From Camelus ferus (lineage: Eukaryota), in contig NC_045707.1 of the NCBI RefSeq assembly GCF_009834535.1, forward strand, positions 49,230,001 through 49,294,000: a DNA stretch of 64,000 bases. The letters run 5' to 3'. Numbering within the stretch: position 1 is the stretch's first letter; every line of letters begins with the position of its first letter. Position numbers and translations under genes: made by a program. Positions 1-11,989 of the stretch are shown in pieces. The notes beneath the pieces are model-generated. The model searched no databases and was not told where the DNA came from. It saw only the letters and a program-made list of their open reading frames with translations.

Positions 1-103
1 TAAATTTCTGTGCAATAAATTATACCGTAAACCACCACACAACCTCCAAGCCAGCACCATATTCCTTTTAAGTATTAGTTTTGCTCTGAGAGACCCTAAG
101 TCT

Positions 104-130
104 TAAATAAATAAATAAATAAATAAATAA
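104..130. repeat. (TAAA)n microsatellite in the ERV leader, just before gag
   Basis: Direct reading. Confidence 0.9.
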
Positions 131-133
131 TAT

Positions 134-600
134 ATGATCCTTAAAACCCAAAGAGTTAAGTGCTCCACCTTCCAGCACACCTACTTAGTTTATGTTTAAG
201 AATCAAAGTTCTTGAAGCTGTGGATATCCATAAAAATGGCAAAATTCCTTGAACTGCAATGACCATTACGGGGAATGCCCCAATTAGACAAGATTGTTGA
301 TTTAAGAGTGTACTTGAAAGTAAGGGCTTCTGAATTAAACAAATAGAAGGGAATACCTATTTTGATTGGTATATAGAAGCTTCCAAGAGGCTTCAAGATT
401 CCAAAATAGCTATTTCAAAAGTTTGATAGCAAAGGCTAATAAAAAATCAAAGACATCAAAGGTATCGAAAACAATACTTAGGCCTCCTCCATTACACCAT
501 CTTAAGAGTCCATCATCACAATACTGGCCAAGAGATTAGTATCTCAGTTGTAATCAACTGGGACAGATTGGGACACAAGAAAAGATTATACTTAAAGGCC
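134..600 (+). pseudogene. gag: gag remnant: matrix N-terminus and a decayed NC zinc knuckle; capsid absent
   Basis: From 165 reads PPSSTPT*FMFKNQSS*SCGYP*KWQN, then ELQ*PLRGMPQLDKIVDLR and YFDWYIEASKR (ERV1 matrix-like). About 540-590 reads YLSCNQLG..H..KDY, a degenerate CX2CX4HX4C. Confidence 0.7.
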
Positions 601-714
601 CTATCCATAGTCTTCAACGTCAACTTGAATGCCCCCATACCTTTGAAGTAGGGCCCCCATCTGGACCCCTCCCAGAGTTGATGAGACACTGGGAGATTTT
701 CAGGTAAGCTGCTA

Positions 715-815
715 TTCCCTTAAACAGCTAAGGAAAACTGAAATTAAAACTAATGGAAAAACTGCCAAATCCTGGTAGATACTGGAGCTACACTCCCTAT
801 TTTAAACCTCACTGG
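715..815 (+). pseudogene. pro: Retroviral aspartic protease N-terminal remnant
   Basis: 772-813 translates LVDTGATLPILNLT (DTG active-site motif). Confidence 0.85.
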
Positions 816-2799
816 GAACCTGCAGATAGGATCCTGGGAAAACTGACAAACACCAGCAAAGGTTAAGAAATATTACCAGAGTCACCTCTCCCAGATCTCT
901 GTCTGTAGTATCGGATAAAGAAGGAAAAAGTAAAACATCTCTTGCATCCTCTTTGAGGATGCTGCTTAAGTCCAAAATATTTACTGATTGTCCTGGCTGA
1001 AAACTGACAAGATATTTTAAAAGATTTTTAGGTAGCTTTATGGTCAGAAATTGGCCAGAAGTTGGAAGCTAGTATTAGAGCATGACAGGAAATTCTTTAG
1101 ACTTTCTCCCCTAAGTTAAAATAAAACTATCTACCCAGAGGAAAAGAAAAAGGTTCTAAAGTTCTTGTAAAATAATTTATGGGTGGATCAACCTGTGATG
1201 TCATTTAGGCTTCAACTCAATTCTTTGAGAAACTGAGAGCAACTGTATTTACAAATCTTTGCAAAACTAGAATTGCAGCTCTAGAGGTAGTTCAAAGTTC
1301 ACCTATTTTTTTTTTTAAACCAATCCCAAGACCTCCTCTGTTTACCTTAACAGGTTGTAACTTGCATTTTTTACCCTGTGCCTTTGAGAAGTAAACATTA
1401 AAGTAGAAACTTCAGGGAGGCAATTTTTATCAGAAGAAAAATAAAAAGGGGGGGAGGTCATTTGAAACTTAGCGTTAGCCATTTGAGCAGGTAGTCTTAA
1501 ATTATTTCATCTATCAGAAAAACAACTTAGATCCAATTTCTTTCATAAATAGGAAAACAGAAGCTGTAAGTTTTCTGTTTACATCAGTCTGTATATTTTT
1601 ATGTGTGTTTGTGGCATTTTTACCTCTGGATGATATCAAATTAATTTGTAAAAGAGTTGTATTTAATTGGGTTAAAGAAAATTAAGTACTTATATAAAAT
1701 ACATTCTCAAAAATGTAAAAGGAACTAACCCAAAGAATTTCAGTTTCATAGCATCTGGGAAAACATTTGGTGTAAAAGCTAATTTAAAGCTCTTGGTTTA
1801 ATTAAAACAGGAGTGCCTTTAGAGTTACAAGCATTCAATACAAAACTTTTATTCTACATGGGTTACCAATCAAATAAGTACATGTTATCTCTTATGAAAA
1901 TTGTCAGCAAGAAAAATAAGATAACGGACTTTATTGCCTAATGAAGGGTTTGTGAGTAAACAGAATTGTTAAGAACAAGTAAATTAAATAGGTTTAATTA
2001 TGATAAAAAGTTTTTAGGTGAACTATATAGTTTCCCCAAAACTTTTTGGTAGCTAAAGAGTTCACCTAAAAACTTTCTAATAACTCAAAACCTTAAAAGT
2101 CTGCTAAGTTAAATTAACTGATTGATAGTCATTAAATATATAGATCATTTCCAAATAAGACAAAACACAAAAACATTAATTATGGAACATGGGTTTACTC
2201 ACTTTGAGCTTCCTTTTTACAGAGAAGCTCAAATATATTTGGATTTATTAGTAAACATGTTTTGTGCCACACTAACAAATTTACTATGAGAAAGCATATG
2301 TTTCTAGAAATTATAAAATGCATTTATAAATTTAGCAAGCTGCAGAATATTAGTGTAAAAACAGTTCTCAGTTGTTCACCTCTTTATTTTCACTAAAAAT
2401 TAAAGTTTTTAAGGATTAAAAATTCTAATATATGTAATTAAAACTACATTTGAGGAATGGAGATACATCTTTTGTTGAGAAAAAAGAAAATAATTTTGTC
2501 CTAAAGTGAAACTAGTTATTTCAGAATAGGAAATAGAATAAAGAACAAGTTAAATAGACAGGTGGGAATAGAGAAAGAGAGAGAATTTTACTATGTGTAA
2601 TCAAGATGTTGAAAATTGGATGAGTTTACTATAAGATGTTAATTGTCTTTGAGGTTGTGTTATATACATGTAAACTGGACTGAATCCTAAGTCCTTTTCA
2701 TTTTCTTAAATAGCTGGCTACAACTCTCCAAACTAACATTTCTAATTTTCTCCCACATTTCTGATTTGGAATCACTAGTAACAAAGATTTCCCCTGGAT

Positions 2800-2960
2800 C
2801 TCCTAGGAAGGGACTGTATCAGGTCCTCCTCACTACCTAGGTGGCAGGCAAACTTCAGGGAATTGAACTTTGGAAACATATCCCACAGCTAAAACAGGTT
2901 CCACCTGACATCTGGTCCTGTCAGTCTCCTATGCAAACTTTCCAATCAAACTGACAAGGA
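2800..2960 (+). pseudogene. pol: Integrase C-terminal (GPY/F) remnant
   Basis: From 2811 reads GLYQVLLTT*VAGKLQGIELWKHIPQLKQVPPDIWSC, matching the ERV1 GPYxVLLTT...WIH pattern. Confidence 0.85.
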
Positions 2961-3019
2961 GGAGGAGAAGTAGCTGACAGTGATATAGACTGATCCCATT
3001 CAAGACATCAGATCAAGAC

Positions 3020-3965
3020 TTCATACTTTAAACAGGAAACTCTCTCTTTCCTTTACTCTGGCATTGGTCAGGAAAGGTTATGCCATCATTGATATCTCCT
3101 GGCGCATTGCTAACGGGGATAAACTTTCAGACGGCTGGATCTATTCACAATGCTAGAATCCATCAACAGTGCCACCATAGTGGGAGCAGTTTGTGCCCCA
3201 ACAGGATTTACCATCACTTAGGGTGGTCTGCATTCTCAGTGAGCCTAGGAATGCCTAAATGGCTAGTGGACAACTGGGCAATACCTCTTAGATTATCTAA
3301 CTGTGCTCTTAATTATTCATTAAAAAAAAAAAAAAAAACTAAGAGATGTTGTTAGTAGACTCCTCTGAATTTATATCAATGAGCTAAAAAAAGACCTACC
3401 AGGATGGGTTCATGATTGATGAATTGCTTCCTTGGACAGAACCTTACTTCCCTGGCTATGAATAAGTGAAAATGAGGCTATGATCAGTATTCTCTCCTTA
3501 ACTCTTGAAGATACTGCAGAATATACTGCCAAAGCAATACTTCCCAGAAAAAATCCTTAGATTCGCTGGCCAAAATTTTTCTTGATAATAGGATAGCCCT
3601 TGATTATCGTTTAGCTGAGTAAAGAGGTGGTTGTGCTGTAGCCAATACTACCTGCTGTAGCTGGATTAACAATGCTGGGGAAGTTGAAACTCAGTTGCAT
3701 AATATCACTGAGCAAGTCACTTTGCTTAAGAAGGTGACTCGATCAACAGGGTTTTTCTTTGACTTTTTTGATTTTGACTGATTTGGATTTGGGGGACCAT
3801 GGCTCTGAAGTGCACTCCAGTCAACTGAAATTATCCTCCTTATAATAACCATAGTAGTCTCCTTGGTGCACTGTTTTCTCTCAAAAGCTTTAAATACATG
3901 TTCACAGCTGCTAACCAGCAAGCAAACAATCTCCTTAAGACTGGAATATCAAAAAAAGGAGTGAA
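3020..3965 (+). pseudogene. env: env pseudogene: truncated SU and near-complete TM subunit
   Basis: SU start AIIDISWRIANGDKLSDGWIYSQ (decayed CWIC motif). From 3581 reads LDNRIALDYRLAE*RGGCAVANTTCCSWINNAGEVETQ (ISD plus CX6CC), then membrane anchor IILLIITIVVSLVHCFL; in-frame stops present. Confidence 0.92.
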
Positions 3966-4174
3966 GAGAATGACCAACTTAAAAAAATGTGAACCTGATG
4001 TTGTGACCTGTGAATATTACAGATACTCAGCAAAAATAATATCATGACCTATGAATGTCACACAGATCAGTAAAAGCTGTTAAGAACTGCAGAATGGTAG
4101 CTAAGAGTGGTGTTTTGCCTCAAATTTTGATCACAGATGTCACTTAAGCTGAGAGTCTGATCAAAAGGGGAAAT

Positions 4175-4361
4175 TGTTAAAAAGAAGTAACAGACCCAAA
4201 ATGGAGTCACTTGTGCTAAGCCCACATTACAGAACTGAGGCTTAGTGTCTAACCTAAAAGTAGTTTCTGCCCCTCTTAGGATTGTAACTTGACTCATGAA
4301 TTGTTGAATAAAGCCAAATTAATCTTTAAATCTTACTCAGTTGAATTTTGTTTTTTAAACA
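4175..4361 (+). mobile_element. 3' LTR of the ERV (short, 187 bp)
   Basis: Starts TGTTAAAA directly after the PPT, has AATAAA near 4306, ends TTTTAAACA. Confidence 0.8.
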
Positions 4362-5569
4362 ATATTTAGTATTTTCTCTCTTCAAGATACATATTGAGAG
4401 CTGCTATTTTAAATATTTATTGAATAAATTTAAAATAAGATAGGAATATGCTTTAGGGGACCTTGATTTTGATAGCAATTAAATATAAATTAGCTTTTTC
4501 ACTTTCACATTATTATAAGGAGGCTGCCTGAAATTTAAATTTCATCAAGGGTTGATGTGAATATTTAAACTAAAAAGCATTAATAATCACTTGTAAAAAT
4601 CTTTATGTGCATTTTTTTCTTTTATACTTTGAATGGAAAGAATATTTCTCTTTTGAAGAAAATGCTTTAAGAGAAAGTATGAATGTCCACTTCATGTTGC
4701 AAATAAAACCAATGAAGAAATCCATAGTTACCATGAATCTAAGTTTATTTGAAGAAAAAGCAAAAGTGGATGGGAGAAATTCAATGTATACCATGTGTTT
4801 CTGACCTCTTTCCTTTAGTTTGACAAAATGACAACAGAGAGATTTGCCTTCTTTTAAGAAAAATAACTTTTGGCCCCGATTTTGAGATACCTACAGAGCT
4901 TTCACCAACCATTAATGTTTATCTAAATGCCTTTTAGAATGACTTGCCTATCTGGAGTTGCAAATAAGCAAAGTATTTGAAATATAGTGCCTTTTTCTTA
5001 AAGGAAATAGCATGCTAATGACTAGCTGATAATTGAGGGAAAGCTTCTACTATATTTTTTTAAGAAATATCCGTGGCACTGTGTATAGCTGGCTCAAATT
5101 GGTAGCATGCTTCTTTCTCTGCCAACAGCTTTGCAAATGTTTCTCTTATTTCTTTCACTCATCTTCCCTTTTCTCTTCATTTTTCTTCCCACAAGTTTTC
5201 CCCATGTGTTTTTTCTTTTTTATTTCTCTAGCTTCTTGGGACAATGAAATTCCTAATGCCCAATTGCTCTGGTGTCTTTTGTGATTAAACCATATAACAA
5301 ATATTAACTATTTTTCCTCTAATATATTCCATTAAATTAAGGAGATGAGTAAGTATTTCCATTAATGAATCAAATAGAACATTCAAGAAAAATGGGAATT
5401 TATGATTTATTGCTCCATTTCCTAGCTACGACTTTTGTCCAAGGAAGCTTTTGTGAGCCAATTTTTTTACCCCCTAACAAAGTAAAATGTGAAGCTCAAA
5501 ATCATCGGAGTGCTCCTTCTTTTAATCTTTAAGAAAATACTCAATTTTGACATCTACTTTGCTGACCCT

Positions 5570-6345
5570 AATCTTCATTGAGCATTTACTATGGACCAAA
5601 AAATGTCTTAAGTGTGAAGGGGAGCAGAATTTATCACCCCCAAATATGCTTCTGTGGCATAGGAATTATTTTAGGCTGATTATTTTTAATAACATCAAAC
5701 ATAATAAAAGTTTTTGAAAGCTAGGTATAAATTACATTCTTGTAAGACACATTTGCATTTATAGGGAAATCTTCATTTGTAAAGATGCTTCCCTGTTTGT
5801 ACCAAGAAGAGAAGAATGACTCTAAATCTTAATGGAGAAAGCAATGAGTTAAATCTGCACAACAACTCTGCTTACTGTGCTTTTCCAGGTAATGTCTCAT
5901 AACTGGCCTCTCCCCAGTCAACAGCTTCTTTTATCTTACCTGGAGATGTTATTTACAATGATAGCTTGGGTTGTTTGGGGAAGTTGCTCAGCTTTCCTGG
6001 TTATCTCCCATGTATACAGGAGGTATACATGTTATTAAACTTTTGTTTGTTTTTCTGCTGTTAATCTGTCTTTTTGATATATGGTTGTCTCAGTCAAGAA
6101 TCTAGAAGGATAGAGGGGAAATTATTTTTCCTCCCTCACAAGTGTTTATGTGTGTAATCACAGTTAACCTTCATAATGACCTTCCAAGATAAGTACTATT
6201 ATGATCCTTATTTTACAGATACGGATAAGAAAGGACAGAAGGTGAAGTAAAATGCTTAAATTTACATAGCTGGTAAATGGTGACGAACTCAAAGCCAGAT
6301 TGCCTGGCTCAGAAACCTCAGTGGTTGACTGCCACACTACATTGC
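5570..6345 (-). mobile_element. MIR SINE split by the solo LTR at 5615-6140
   Basis: CATTGAGCATTTACTATG...CTTAAGTG continues after the LTR into the MIR core CCTTATTTTACAGAT. Confidence 0.75.
5615..6140 (+). mobile_element. ERV1 solo LTR, MER34-like
   Basis: TGAAGGGGAGCAGAAT...TTTTTCCTCCCTCACA; 4-bp TSD AGTG at 5611-5614 and 6141-6144. Confidence 0.88.
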
Positions 6346-7124
6346 CCATTACTCCTGTGTTCTTAGCCAGAATTCATACAGAAAAATTAACATTAAAAAT
6401 AAATGCTTCAAATATAGCTGCCAAGCAGTTCTTCAGACCTTGTAGAAAGTGTAAACCCTGTGTTGTTTGCAGACATGAATGAAGCTCTTTATATATTAAG
6501 ATTGATATTTAAATAAACATTTTTGTCACTTTATATTTCTACATGAATATGAAATAGGCTCATCCTTGCTAGTGTTTAAAATAACGTTTCCTCTCTATAT
6601 GCCTCTGGACTAAAAAAAAAGGAAAAAAATGGTAATTTGTGTCTGGACGAGCTGTACTCTACCCAGGTGCTTTTTATGGTAGGGTTTCACGTTAAGAAAA
6701 CATTTGCCATGGAAACATCTGGTAAACAGATTATACAAACAACATTTTACACAAGGGAATCTACTTAAATCAGTTGTTCTTTTTAAAAATGGGCCACCCT
6801 GTTCATGCCAACTGTATGCATTTAAAAGCTTATGAAGTTAAAAAAAAAAAGCCTCATACTTAAGTAATCAGCTTTTCATCATTCTCAAATATTTTATTTG
6901 CTAGCTGGTTATATTCCATAGCTAAGGCCTTTCCTTTATCTTTAATCAATTCTTCCCTGAAATGAAGCATGGTTAGGAGTCCTCTTCTCATCTGCCATGA
7001 AAAATATAGTTAATACCAAGGAGAACCTGATAAATGGTAAGGAATGGGTCCAAGAAAGAAAAGGTCTATGTGGGCATACCTCAGTGTATAACTGAAGAGC
7101 AACATACAAAAATAAAGTTAGGTC

Positions 7125-7710
7125 TAAAACAACGATTCTTAACTGAGTGTTAGTGTAAGAAATGACTGTAGAGAAATCACATCTCCCTCTGATTTGTAAA
7201 TTTGGGAGGGACCCAGGAAATGTGCATTTGAAAAGTTTCCCAGGTGATTTTAATACACTCCTTATGAAAAAAAAATTTCTATAAATCAATGTTTCCAAAA
7301 ATTGCTTAATGATAAGAGTGGTTTGGGTCACATGTTAAAAATCCAGGTTGCCAGGGCCTTCATTGAAGATTCTGAATTAAGTAAATTTGGGGGTATGAGA
7401 GGGTAGTTTATTTTTTCTTTAGACAAGTTTCACACTGCACTAAATCAATATTTTACTACAGTGTACAGTACAGTAAGATACATTCCAAGATTTTTATTGT
7501 CTTGTTAATCATTTCATACAAGAGTCCCCTCTGTGGATTTCCAAACAAGGATTAGCATACTGAAAGTTCTTAATAAAGTCTTGCTGGTAGCAAAGAAAAT
7601 TTTTAACCATGTTTGACCTATGTATTTACCAAGAAACACATATTTTCATCTGACCATCTCAATATTTCTTGAGGAATTAATGTTCTCAAATTCATACTTT
7701 GGGAAGTCAT
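7125..7710. mobile_element. Cluster of degraded hAT-Charlie MITE fragments (MER5A/MER5B-like)
   Basis: CCCAGGAAATGTGCATTTGAAAAGTTTCCCAGGTGATT and terminal-like ACTTTGGGAA segments. Confidence 0.6.
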
Positions 7711-8216
7711 TCTGGCTTATATTATGTATATAATCCTACCTAACCAAAACTATAACCAGTACACTTAGTCCAATTGTACAAATAAAAAAATACATCCCAT
7801 TTGGGTGGAGAATTGAAATAAAAATTGTAATAAGATTGGCTTTTCTGAGCATTTGAATTACAAAAATATACTTTTTCCATGGAATTTTAGTCCCATATTG
7901 TCTCCAGGTGGTGTGCACAACCTGCACAACTGTCTACAGTGACCTTATCAAGTGGAGTGAACTTGGTTTTTATTGAAATGGAAATGCCTAAAAAAAATTT
8001 GCCCTCAGTCCCAACTTTGAAGGAATGTGATGTAATATCACTGGTGTAGAGTCAAAGTCCATTATGGGTACAAGCAGAAGGCAAGTTATAATTGTAGGTA
8101 TACTAAGTGTGAGTTCCTTTTGGGACAGGCCAGAGTAAAGCTCAAAGAAGAATATTTTAGATGTGAGCATGTTATGAGGACAGGCAGAAGTTCAGTTGTC
8201 AGTTTGGGTACACCAG

Positions 8217-8725
8217 GTGTGCAGAGATTGCTCGTCGCCTCAAATGTTTTTTCATTTTCTCTTCTACATGATAGAGCCCTTGATTTTTAGTCTAGTAAGT
8301 CTAGTAAATGGCCATCTGGAATAAATTCCGCATTTCCCAGACTCCTTTCCTTGGAGTTTTGGCTATAACACTAAGTGCTCGCCAAAGACACAAAAATAAA
8401 AACTGGTGTGCAAGTTCTGGGCAGTGTTCTTAAAAGAAAAAAGTACACCCTTCTTCTTTTTTTCCTTCTTCCTGCTTGGTAAAATGCAAATGAATGGCTT
8501 AACAAAGTGTGACTACCTTGGACAATGCAATGAACTTAGGAATAGATGTCACATATACTAGACTGAAAAAGAGCCTAGGTGCCTGGTATCATGGAGGAAC
8601 ATACCATCTGTCTGGACTATCTACCTCCAGACAGTGTTATGAGAGAAAAATTAACTTTTATCTTACTTAAGTCACTGTTATTTGGGTTTTTCTGTCACTT
8701 GCAACCGAACTTAATCTTAAAAAAA
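8217..8725 (+). mobile_element. MaLR LTR (MLT1, old subfamily)
   Basis: CATTTCCCAGACTCC and 3' end AACTTTTATCTTACTTAAGTCACTGTTATTTGGGTTTTTCTGTCACTTGCAACCGAAC. Confidence 0.75.
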
Positions 8726-9472
8726 TTGATTCAATATGTGTGGTAGATGTATGAATTTCCAAGCCAATTTATTGTAATTTTTAAAGATTATCTATGTTGC
8801 TTCCTGCTTTCCATTAGCAGCACTAATTAGAACTTGATTTTGCTTCCATAATTCTGTCCAAATTTAAGAGTTTTTAATGTGGTTTTAGATGCACTAATAG
8901 CTAAGTTTCAGGAAAAGACAAAATGTCGATCTGAGCAGCAATTTAAGATTCATTAAGAATCTAAAACTCAGAAAAAGAAATCTACAATATGAATCTGATT
9001 TAACCTTTAAAACTGAGTGATAGGAAAGATTAAGATATTCCTATAGTAAGATTTTTTCCAAGTTATTAGTTTATAAATTGAAATATAGCAAGAAGCAAGA
9101 ACAATCAATTCAACAGCCACATAGCCGGAAGGAAACAGTAAGAAGAAATAATCACTTACAATGCAGTATAAGTTCTAGCATAGATTGAAATAAAATATAT
9201 TAATAAATAATAAATTCTGGCAGAGAATTAAGCATATATTAATAAATATACCAGCAAGAAACATATAACAAATTAATGTGTTCATGTATTTTACAAACTG
9301 TATACAAATTTTCAAACTTGTCTACTAATACAGACCTCTAGTACAATTCATTTATCTTTAATTTCTATTGTTTATTCTTTAGGTATATCATATTCCATGT
9401 TAAATAAGCTGACAATTTTCACATAGTCTAATAGAGTATACTATAAATTCTTGCTGAACAAATCTATTTGCC

Positions 9473-9506
<34 letters not shown>

Positions 9507-9523
9507 TATATGTCTATATATTT

Positions 9524-9556
<33 letters not shown>
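9473..9556. repeat. Compound (TA)n/(CA)n microsatellite
   Basis: Direct reading. Confidence 0.95.
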
Positions 9557-9559
<3 letters not shown>

Positions 9560-9579
9560 ATATACTTCAACATTTATGA

Positions 9580-11050
9580 GCTACTCATAAGACACCCCTT
9601 TGTATTTGGGGAATACTTTCTCCTTTACTTCATCCACACAGTTCTGTATCATGTTCTTCTGTGACCCTATTTCCCTGAACATAGCTAATTAAATTGGACA
9701 CATTTCCTAAGATTTTTAGATTTGAGACCAGAGAACGTCAGTCATTTTCCCCCTGTTGACTGAAGCTGTGAATTGTAAAACAAAGAGACTGCCAAAGGTT
9801 GTATTTCTTTCCTGGTGAAGAAGGCAAGTTTGCAATGAGAGAAAATGATGCTAAATATACCAAGAAAGTATAGTAAAAATTGAAAGAGAGAGAGAGAGAG
9901 TTCTGCAGCATTCAGTTTGTGGTTCCAACTCTTCCTGAGGTGCCAGATACATCACTACCCTTCCTATGGTTTGACCATTTTAAAGCCTCTGTGGAATCAA
10001 TGGACTAATCTATACTCCCTTGTGCTGAAGCTGCCTTGATTGGCCTTGACTCATTCCAAACAGGCTACATCATGGTCTGGTAACAACTCCCAATTGTAAT
10101 GACTTCAAAAAAAAAAGATTTATTTATCTCCTATATTACATGACAAATCAGAGATTGGCAGGGAGAGCCCTGCTTATCATAGCCATTTGGGAGCTCAAGT
10201 AAATGATATAGCCAGTTGTCATGCCAGAGGGAAGAGAGAGAGAGCTTTAGAGGGTCTCACAGCAATTAAACACCTTAAATCCAAGCCAGAAAGTGACACA
10301 CATCATTTCAATTCCCAACTCTTTGTCCAAAACTGGTAACATGACTCCAACCAACCACAAGAAGCCAGGGAGTCTAATCTGGCCATGTGCACAGAGATGG
10401 CGGAGATGGGAAATAATATATTAGCAACCAAACTCATAATTAATATAGCAGCAAAGGTTTTCTTTTGCCTAGGCAAATCAAAGAAAGGGTTGAGGTGTTT
10501 GGAATGTGTTGCAACAGTCATGTGTGGTTGAGGGTTTTATCATAATTCTAAATTTGTTTGCTGTGCAGCTAGAACTTTGCATTTCTTATAGGTCCCTATA
10601 TTCACTTAGAATTACAGAAAAGTGGGGCAGGTTTCTTGGCGGTGCTAAAGTAGCAACAGAAAATGCAGTAGAAAGACTCCTCTGGTTGGAGCTTCTGAAG
10701 AAACCTGACTCTATCTGGACACTAATAATATTTTCCTTGTCCAGGTTTAACTAAAGAATGGAAGGAGACATCCAAAATAAAATCTTGATATAGCAGGTGT
10801 TGACTGGTGTGATAGCTTTCTGATGTCATCAAGAACAAGGCCCTTCTGTCATCCTGCTCAATCATCCTTTAGCTTTAGGCATTGCATCATTTCACATGCA
10901 GGAATATGGGCCAAAGAGGCTGTATCAGCTGAGTTTGCCTTTTTAAAAATCTTTCATGGAAGTTCCTCCCAGCAGATGTCACTTAAACGTTTCATTGGCC
11001 TAAACTTTGCGACAAGGGAACTTGAGAACAGAAAATTTTAGCTTTCCAGC
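9580..11050. mobile_element. Several adjacent old MaLR (MLT1) LTR relics; boundaries approximate
   Basis: MLT1-type motifs, e.g. CAGAAAGTGACACACATCATTTC...GTAACATGACTCCAACCAACCACAAG and CACTTAAACGTTTCATTGGCC. Confidence 0.55.
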
Positions 11051-11459
11051 CTCTGAAAATATAAATCACTTTATCATCCTCAAGCGTCTGTATATAAATA
11101 TTAGAAATTTACATACTTATTGGGAACAAGGGAGGGTAAGAACATTTTGTTTGAAAATACAATTTATCTGTGGTGGAAAAAGACATGAAGGTCCTCAAAG
11201 AAAATAGATTTGTAGTATTGACCTTTTAGATATTGCAATATTGAATCATATATTTGGTAATTTATAAATTTTACTAAATTGATTCCATAATTGGGGCACA
11301 GAGGCATTAAAAACAAGTAAAATTTGGGATGGAAAATAAAACACAAGGGATAATTTCTTGGCTTAGTAAGTTTTATAATTTTGAAGAAAATCGACAACAT
11401 TTTATTGGCTTATCAGTAATATCAAAGAGATATTAGTGAAATGCCTTTAGTGATTAGAC

Positions 11460-11846
11460 TGTGTTATTTCTTCACAGTTCTTACTTCCTTCTCCAACCTT
11501 GTTCTGGCTGACTGGGTGATGCATGCCGCTCTGCCCATTGCCCTGAGCTTAGACATGTGGGGAAGGATCATATGCTGGTTCCAATTAGAGCCAGCAATGG
11601 TATCATGTGTTTTTGCTGGTCACTCTTAGCTTCTACCATCTAATATAAGAACATCATGCCCAAACAGTGGGTATTCTTTTAGCCTGGGTCCCAGAATGTA
11701 AGACACGTGGACAAAAACCAAACCAAGCCCAGACATGTTCAGCCAAGCCCTGCTGAGCTACATCTCAGGTGCAGTATCATATTCCCATATTGCAATCTTC
11801 TAAGATTTAGAAGTTATTTAATGTCACGGAAACAGCTGACTACTAG
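11460..11846 (+). mobile_element. MaLR LTR (MLT1H/G-like)
   Basis: AGCCTGGGTCCCAGAATG...GACACGTGG...AGCCCAG and a 3' end ending AGCTGACTA. Confidence 0.65.
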
Positions 11847-11935
11847 ACTTCCCATTTCACAAGTATCAGTGGAATCACAGAAGCAGTTGATAGGATTGGA
11901 AAAGTGACCCCCAAACATTTATGTAGTGCTTTTCT

Positions 11936-11989
11936 TTTTTTTTTTTTTAATATGTTTTAATTGAATTATAGTCATTTTACAATGTTGTA
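11936..11989 (-). mobile_element. 54-bp L1 3'-end insertion with poly(A) tail and 16-bp TSD
   Basis: Reverse complement ACAACATTGTAAAATGACTATAATTCAAT matches the 3' end of the L1 at ~38255-38283; TSD TATGTAGTGCTTTTCT at 11920-11935 and 11990-12005. Confidence 0.92.

Larger units (their letters stand above)
1..4361 (+). mobile_element. Decayed, internally deleted ERV1 (gammaretrovirus-like, MER4-group style) provirus; 5' LTR lies upstream of the window
   Basis: Collinear gag, pro, IN C-terminus, env, polypurine tract (AAAAGGGGAAAT, 4163-4174) and a TG...CA LTR, all on the + strand. Confidence 0.9.

Noticed and set aside
3080..3355. 91-aa ORF inside env
   Set aside because: Not the env frame at the CWIC-like motif; its poly-Lys comes from an A17 run
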